Assembly: GCA_964016885.1 (NCBI GenBank)
Contig: OZ024763.1
Location: 24,676,001 to 24,740,000 of the forward strand
Direction: 5' to 3'
From: Eledone cirrhosa
Lineage: Eukaryota
Length of the DNA: 64,000 nucleotides
Of this stretch, positions 55,681 through 64,000 are shown in pieces. The notes beneath the pieces are model-generated. The model did not search any database. It had not been told where the DNA came from and saw only the letters and a list, made by a program, of their open reading frames with translations. The position numbers and the translations under genes were made by a program. The number at the start of each line of letters is the position of its first letter. The stretch's first letter is position 1.

Positions 55681-56235
55681 CTCTCTCTCTCTTTCTCTCT
55701 TTGTTTCTTTCCTTCTCTTGTTCTTTCTTTCTCACTTTCTTGTTTCTTCATCTTACTTCCTTTCTTTCTTTCTTATTTCTTTCTCTCTCCTCTCTTTCTT
55801 TCTCTCTTATTCTTTCTCTCTCCTCTCTTTCTTTCTCTCTTATTTATTTCTCTCTCCTCTCTTTCTTTCTCTCTTATTTCTTTCTCTCTCTCCTTTCTTT
55901 CTTTCTCTCTTATTTCTTTCCTTATTTCTTTTCTCTCTCCTTTCTTTCTTTCTCTCTTATTTCTCTCCTTTCTTTCTTTCTCTCTTATTTCTTTCTCTCT
56001 CCTCTCTTTCTTTCTCTCTTATTTCTTTCTCTCTCTCCTTTCTTTCTTTCTCTCTTATTTCTTTCCTTATTTCTTTCTCTCTCCTTTCTTTCTTTCTCTC
56101 TTAATTCTCTCCTCTCTTTCTTTCTCTCTTATTTCTTTCCTTCTTTCTTTCTCTCTTCTCTCTCTCTTCTTTCTCTCTTTCTCTCTCCCGTCTTTCTCTC
56201 TTCTTTCTTTGTCACTCTCTTCCTTCTTTCTTTCT
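55680..56235. repeat. Polypyrimidine minisatellite (TTTCTCTCTTATTTC...)
   Basis: Direct inspection. Confidence 0.9.
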
Positions 56236-56392
56236 CAAATTTGTTTATTTATATTCTTTACTTTATATTTTTATGTATATGTTGTTTTTTATTTGTCATT
56301 ATTTTATTGACATTTATATTTATATTTTTTGGTATACTTATCGATCTTTGATAATCAATTGGTGTCGTTGTGTTCGTTGTTGATCAGTTCCG

Positions 56393-56649
<257 letters not shown>

Positions 56650-56720
56650 TATATATATATATATATATATATGTATCTATATATATATATATAACATATA
56701 TATATATATATAATTATATA

Positions 56721-56765
<45 letters not shown>

Positions 56766-56769
56766 CTTA

Positions 56770-56883
<114 letters not shown>

Positions 56884-56994
56884 TATATATATATATGTAT
56901 GTATATATATACACATAAATATATATACATATATATATATTTATATATATACATAAATATATACATATATATTTATACATATATATATATATAC

Positions 56995-57041
<47 letters not shown>

Positions 57042-57055
57042 TTATATATATATGT

Positions 57056-57103
<48 letters not shown>

Positions 57104-57118
57104 GTGTATTTATGTATG

Positions 57119-57162
<44 letters not shown>

Positions 57163-57267
57163 TCATCTTAACAACATTCATACCTATTTCCCGCGTTTAA
57201 ACTGTTTTTTTTTTGCACTCCACCTGTGTATACACATATATATGTATCTATACACACTCATATACAT

Positions 57268-57321
<54 letters not shown>

Positions 57322-57639
57322 TTTATTGGCAACATGTGTGTGTGTATGTGAGCAAGTTAAAGGTATCCATTGATATGCTAATATAACAACCACAACAAAC
57401 ACCACCACCTCAACAACAACAACAACAGCCGGTGTGTTAATGCAGTGATAGTTTGGTCCTTTCTCATTATGTTGAGTCCCTTTCAGTGTCTTGTTTATGG
57501 CGGCCATCAATGAAAGGAACCTGGAGAACTGAGACGGGATTGATTGAAGGAAGGAAGGAAGGAAGGGAAGATGCAATGAAAGGGGGAATTATGAGAGGCT
57601 GAATTGTAGAAGGAAGACAAGGAGGAGAGAAAGATAGAA

Positions 57640-57965
57640 ATGAAGGAACGGCAGAAAGGAAGAACGAAAGGCTAAGGAAAGAAAGAAAAAGAGAAAGAAA
57701 AGCTAAAGAAAGAAGGACAGAAGGAAAGAAAGAAAAGAAGAAGAGAAAAAAGAAAGACAGAATGGAGGAAAAAAAGAAAAGAAGGAGAGAAAGAAAGAGA
57801 GAAGGAACGGCAGAAAGGAAGAACGAAAGGCTAAGGAAAGAAAGAAAAAGAGAAAGAAAAGCTAAAGAAAGAAGGAAAGAAGGAAAGAAAGAAAAGAAGA
57901 AGAGAAAAAAGAAAGACAGAATGGAGGAAAGAAAGAAAAGAAGGAGAGAAAGAAAGAGAGAAGGA
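57640..57965. repeat. 159-bp purine-rich tandem duplication
   Basis: GAAGGAACGGCAGAAAGG at 57642 and 57801. Confidence 0.9.
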
Positions 57966-58306
57966 AAAAATAGGAAAGCAATAAATTAAGAAAAGAAAGG
58001 AAATGAATTAAAGAAAGAAAATAGGAAAGAACGTAAACAGGAAGAAAACAAGTGAAAGAAAGTAGAAGGAAAGAAAGAGGAGGAAGGATAGAATGAACGA
58101 ATGAAAGAAAAGAAAGAGGAAAAGAACAAAAAAATGTTACAAAAACTGAAAGAAACAACAACTCCAACAACAACAACAACAACAACAACAACAGTATATC
58201 CAAGGATATTGTTAATAGGACAAGGTGTGTGTTTAGAAACCAGGATTTTTACCAGCAAGTATACAACAACCAGTTTATACACACACACACACATAAATAT
58301 ATATAG

Positions 58307-58337
<31 letters not shown>

Positions 58338-58353
58338 ATATACAAACACACAC

Positions 58354-58532
<179 letters not shown>

Positions 58533-58811
58533 TAGATATATATATATATATATAGATAGATATATAGATAGATATATAGATATATATATATGTATATGAA
58601 TGTATGTATATGTGTGTATATATATATATGTGTGTGTGTATGTACATGTGTGTATATATATATATATATGTATGTATGTATGTATGTGTGTGTGTGTGCG
58701 TGTGTACGTATATATATATGTATGTATGTATGTATGTGTATGTATATATTTACATATATAAACATACATAAACATATACATACTAGCAGATGATCAGATA
58801 AACGTCACACT

Positions 58812-59110
58812 GAAGAAGAAGAAGAAGAAGAAGAAGAAGAAGAAGAAGAAGAAGAAGAAGAAGAAGAAGAAGAAGAAGAAGAAGAAGAAGAAGAAGAATA
58901 TGATGGTTGTGTCGATAATAAAAATAATGATGATGATGATGATGATGATAATGAAGCTGAAGATGTTATGCTGTTGATGATGATGACGATGATGATGATG
59001 ATAGGATTGATGAAAGCGACGACAAAGATGACGACGATGATGTTGTTGATGATGGTAATGACGATGATGATGACGACGATGTTGATGATGATGTTGATGA
59101 TGATGATGAA
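58812..59110. repeat. (GAA)n followed by (GAT)n tracts
   Basis: Direct inspection. Confidence 0.9.
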
Positions 59111-59378
59111 CAGAAGGGAAATGGAAGTTACAAAAGAGTAATGATATTTCATAAAGGATTGATAAAGGCAAAAAGCCCTGCAGAAGTGAAGCATTTTACA
59201 GTTTTCCTATATATACATACACATATACACAACAATAAGTAGCAATACAACATTAACAATAACAACAACAACAGCCACAACATAAACAAAGACGTGACAC
59301 CACATTCTAAAAATCACAAAACACACACACACACCGCATACAGAAGACATACAGCTATATATACACACACATATCTTT

Positions 59379-59529
<151 letters not shown>

Positions 59530-59589
59530 CTAGAGTTGTGTATATATATATATATATGTGTGGGTGTGTATGTATGTATCTATGTGTAC

Positions 59590-59621
<32 letters not shown>

Positions 59622-59669
59622 GCGCGTATATATATGTGTGTGTGTGTGTATGTGTACCTATGTGTGTAC

Positions 59670-59719
<50 letters not shown>

Positions 59720-60309
59720 GTGTGTGTGTGTGCGTATATATATATATATATATATACGTATGTTTATATATTACCACAAAAGAAAAAAAAGCAACCATTG
59801 ATAGTTTTAAGCTGTCACTTGGATTCCATCATACATGAAAGGAGAGAAAAACGAAAGAAGAAAAATAGTTGGAATGATGGCGGAAAACACAAAAATACAC
59901 AAATAAATACATAGATAGATAAATAAATAAATAGAAAATAATAAACAAAAAAAAAAGGAACACGTTATGGAAGTTTGTTGATAAGTTATGATAGAAAGTG
60001 TTGATATATCATGAGGATTGTGCTAAAATGGCACTATCATTGAGAAGCAGTGAAGCAAAGCATCGTTGCTTTGTTGTCCAGATTATAAAAAAAAAATGGC
60101 GGTTAGAAATATCTTCTGCAGTGACACGTCTTCATTTTAAGCGAAGTGATTTGATCCCGATAGATGGCGAAGTGGTAGCTAAGAACATTAGAGTGTTAGA
60201 ATAGGATATTTAGAATGTTTCACGGTATTGGTTCTGGTTGCCTCTTTTCTCTGTGTTCAAATCCCGTTGAGGGTAGCTTCGCTTTTTTTCCTTTATTAGG
60301 ATCATAAAT

Positions 60310-61325
60310 AATAGTTTCTACATTTGGCACAAGGCCAGCAATTATTCTAGTGCATTACTGGTAGTTTATTTCATCGACCCTTGTAAGGATGAAAGGCAAA
60401 GTTAACCTCGACGGGATTTGAACCGAGAACGTAATGGGCCGTAACTCTATACTGCAAAGCATGGCATCTGACGCTCTACCGATACTGCTAATCCATCGCC
60501 TTCTATAATAATAATTGTTTCTACATTTGGCACAAGGCCAGCAATTATCCCACTGTATTACTGGTACTTTATTTTATCAACCCCGTAAGGTTGAAAGGCA
60601 AAGTTAACCTCGACGGGATTTGAACTGAGAACGTAAATGGCCGTAACTCTATACTGCAAAACATGGCGTCTGACGCTCTACCGATACTGCTAATCCATCG
60701 CCCTCTATAGTAATAATAACAATAATAATTGTTTCTACTTTTTAGCACAAGGTCAGCAATTACCCAGTGTATTACTGGTACTTTATTTTATCGACCCTGT
60801 AAAGATGAAAGGCAAAGTTAACCTCGGCGGGATTCAAACTCAGAATGACAAGGGCGTCAAGCATAGCGTCCGACTCTCTACCGATACTGCCACTAGTATA
60901 GGCACAAGGCCTGTAATTTAGGAGGACGTGAAAGTCAATTAAATCAATTCCAGTAGGCTGCTGGTACTTTATTTTATCGACCCCGTAAGGATGAGAGGCA
61001 AAGTTAACCACGACGGGATTGGAACTCAGAACATAAAGGGACGTAACTATGCTGGAAAGCTTGGTGTCCGGCCCTAAAAAAAAAAAAAATTATATGTATA
61101 AAAAAAAAAGGAAAACTTTCTGATTTAGGCACAAGGCCAACAAATTTTGGGAGAAAGAAATGGCGAATATAACTAGCCAGTCCGTTACTAGTACTTTATT
61201 TTAACGACCACGTAACGATGAAAGGTGAAACTATCCTCGGCAGGATTTGAAGTTGGAACCAAAGGGCCGTGACTATAGCTACGAAGGATGTGTCAGATGC
61301 TCTATCGATACGACCAATTCCCCTC
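60310..61325 (-). mobile_element. Five head-to-tail SINE type A copies
   Basis: GCACAAGG tail motif at about 60328, 60530, 60745, 60902 and 61129, each followed by core and head. Confidence 0.9.
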
Positions 61326-61371
61326 TCTTGTCTATTTAATAGTGCCTATACTAGAATTTATTATTGTTATA

Positions 61372-61905
61372 ATCCCGTCGAGGTTAACTTTGCCTTTCAT
61401 TCTTACGGGGTCGATAAAATGAAGTACCAGTAATGTACTGGATACAAAGGGCGGTGTATTGGCAGTATCGGTAGTGGGTCGGACGCCATGCTTTGACGCA
61501 TAGAGTTACGGCTCTTGCCATTCTGAGTTCAAATCCCGCCGAGGTTAACTTTGCCTTTCCTCCTTACGGGGTCGATAAAATAAAGTACCAGTAATGTACT
61601 GGGGTAATTGCTGGCCTTGTGCCAAAAGTAGAAATAAAGTACCAGTAATGTACTGTGGTAATTGCTGGTCTTGTACCAAAAGTAGAAATAAAGTACCAGT
61701 AATGTACTCGGGGTATTGCTGGCCTTGTGCCAAAAGTAGAAATAAAGTACCAGTAATGTACTGTGGTAATTGCTGGTCTTGTACCAAAAGTAGAAATAAA
61801 GTACCAGTAATGTACTGGGGTAATTGCTGGCCTTGTGCCAAAAGTAGAAATAAAGTACCAGTAATGTACTGGGGTAATTGCTGGCCTTGTGCCTAACGTA
61901 GAAAC
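61372..61905 (+). mobile_element. SINE type A partial copy plus a full copy with an amplified tail
   Basis: Head GGCGGTGTATTGGCAGTATCGG at about 61450, B box GAGTTCAAATCC. Confidence 0.9.
61578..61904 (+). repeat. 54-bp tandem array of the SINE 3' end, 6 units
   Basis: AAATAAAGTACCAGTAATGTACT at 61578, 61632, 61686, 61740, 61794 and 61848. Confidence 0.95.
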
Positions 61906-62685
61906 AATTCTTATTATTATTATTGCGATGGTGATGAATGGAGGAAAGAAAGAGACTTACGAAGACAGACGTATTTATGAAATTGATATAAAATACAAAA
62001 CACTATCGGAGATGGAAATCAGTTTCTATTGAAAGATGATGAATTTTTCAATTTCAAAGAATAGAAGAGGAAGGGCTGGGGGGCAGAGGAAGAGGAGGGG
62101 GGTTGGTGGTAGTAAGGGAGAAAGAGGTGGTGGCATTTGAGGCCGAGGAGAAGAGGGTGGCGGTAGAGGACAGTGGGGCGTAGAAAAAAAAGAGGGTGAA
62201 GGTGGTGGTGGTGGTGGTGATGGTAGAGAAGGAGGAGGGTGAGAGGGAAGAAGAAAAAAAAGGAAGAAAGAGGTGGAAACATGGGGGAGGAGGTGGTGGT
62301 GGAAGAAGTATGAGGGCGAAGGGGAGGAGTGTTCTAGGAAAGTCAAAAGTTTTCAGACGAGATAAGGGTGGGTCAGAGTTGAGGAGGAGGGAGAGAATGA
62401 AGAGGTGGAACTGGAGGAGATGGTGGGAGAGGGATGAGAGGGAAAGTGATGAGAAGGAAGAGGAGGGGGGGAGGTTGATCCTAGGAAAAAACGGCGAAAG
62501 TTTCCAGAATTGTCAAGGAAATGTAATATAAAGAGATGATACAAATATAATAAAAAAGTAAGAATTTAATACAATGTACGGAACAGCACATAGATACACA
62601 CACACACACACACACACACATACACACACACCCACACACACACATATATATATAGATGCATATATACACTGGTACATATGTACGC

Positions 62686-62755
<70 letters not shown>

Positions 62756-62975
62756 GTACATATATATATATATACACACATATATGTGTGTGTATATATG
62801 TATGTATATATATAAGTATATGTGCACAAAAAATGAATAGATATATTCTTACACACAGACATATCCAATCATCCACACACAAACATAGATTTACATATAT
62901 ATACTACATATATATACATACCTACATATATACGTATATATATATATGTGTGTGTGTGCCTCTTACTGTGTGTAC

Positions 62976-63024
<49 letters not shown>

Positions 63025-63026
63025 TA

Positions 63027-63151
<125 letters not shown>

Positions 63152-63742
63152 GTGTACATACATACCGATATACATGTACATCGGGAGGGTAACACCACGT
63201 TATATGAAGAGAAAAAAAATGTCACAAAAAAACTACAGAAACAAGGGGAGAGAACAATGGGAACAGAAACAGAAATAGGAATAAGAACGAAGAAAAAATA
63301 CAACAGCAACAGCAACAACAACTACTGCTACTACTACAACCACAATAACAACAACAAAAAATTAATAATACTACAATGAAAGAAAGAGAAAAAAAAATAT
63401 GAATCGAAAAAAAGCAAAGATGTTTAAATGAGCAGGACAGAAATGTAACGATGTTAATAATGAAATATTTCACCACTGGGCGCCATCTTTGAATGGTTGT
63501 GTTATATTAGAGTGTTCAAGTCGGCCATCTTTCATGTGGTTTCGACCCCCTCTTCCTACACATCTCTCACTCCCTACCCCGCCTTTCATTCGTGGCAAAC
63601 ATCGATTAATTAAAAAGAACACAACAAAGGAATTTTCGAGGGTAGGGGAAGCGAGAAGAAGTGGAGAGGGAAATATAGCTATGTATGTATTTATACACTT
63701 ATGTATATGTATAAATGTATGTACGTATGTATGCGTGTATGA

Positions 63743-63837
<95 letters not shown>

Positions 63838-63914
63838 CAAAATTTCATATATACGAAACTTTTTAGAATGATAAATTCCCATCTCTCTCACTCTATCTAT
63901 CTATCTCTCTATCT

Positions 63915-63960
<46 letters not shown>

Positions 63961-64000
63961 GTGTGTATGTGTTTATATATATGTAGTATATGTGTTTATA

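Noticed and set aside
63478-63535. Two YY1-like GCCATCTTT motifs suggesting a promoter
   Set aside because: Short motifs alone, with no CpG island or other support

Overview
This is a eukaryotic, very AT-rich and microsatellite-saturated window, intronic or intergenic. Its SINE families and extreme (AT)n/(CA)n/(CATA)n load point to an octopod cephalopod (inference). Nearly all ORFs in the track are translations of simple repeats, and no protein-coding gene can be named. Supported content: (1) many copies of two tRNA-derived SINE types; (2) two RTE-type LINE 3' fragments; (3) a CRE-like LINE C-terminus whose 79-bp coding segment is amplified about 12 times in tandem; (4) Tc/mariner-like and hAT-like MITEs; (5) several long inverted repeats and minisatellites; (6) a 200-N gap. 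The most notable signal is a dense set of minimal type-I hammerhead ribozyme (HHR) motifs of the kind carried by Penelope-like elements (PLEs). Five are complete or nearly complete (16505+, 17806-, 18356+, 20411-, 45918-) and about eight are half or degenerate, mostly inside fold-back structures. Two phase-compatible minus-strand exon candidates (48568-47651 and 45599-45533) hint at an unidentified host gene.
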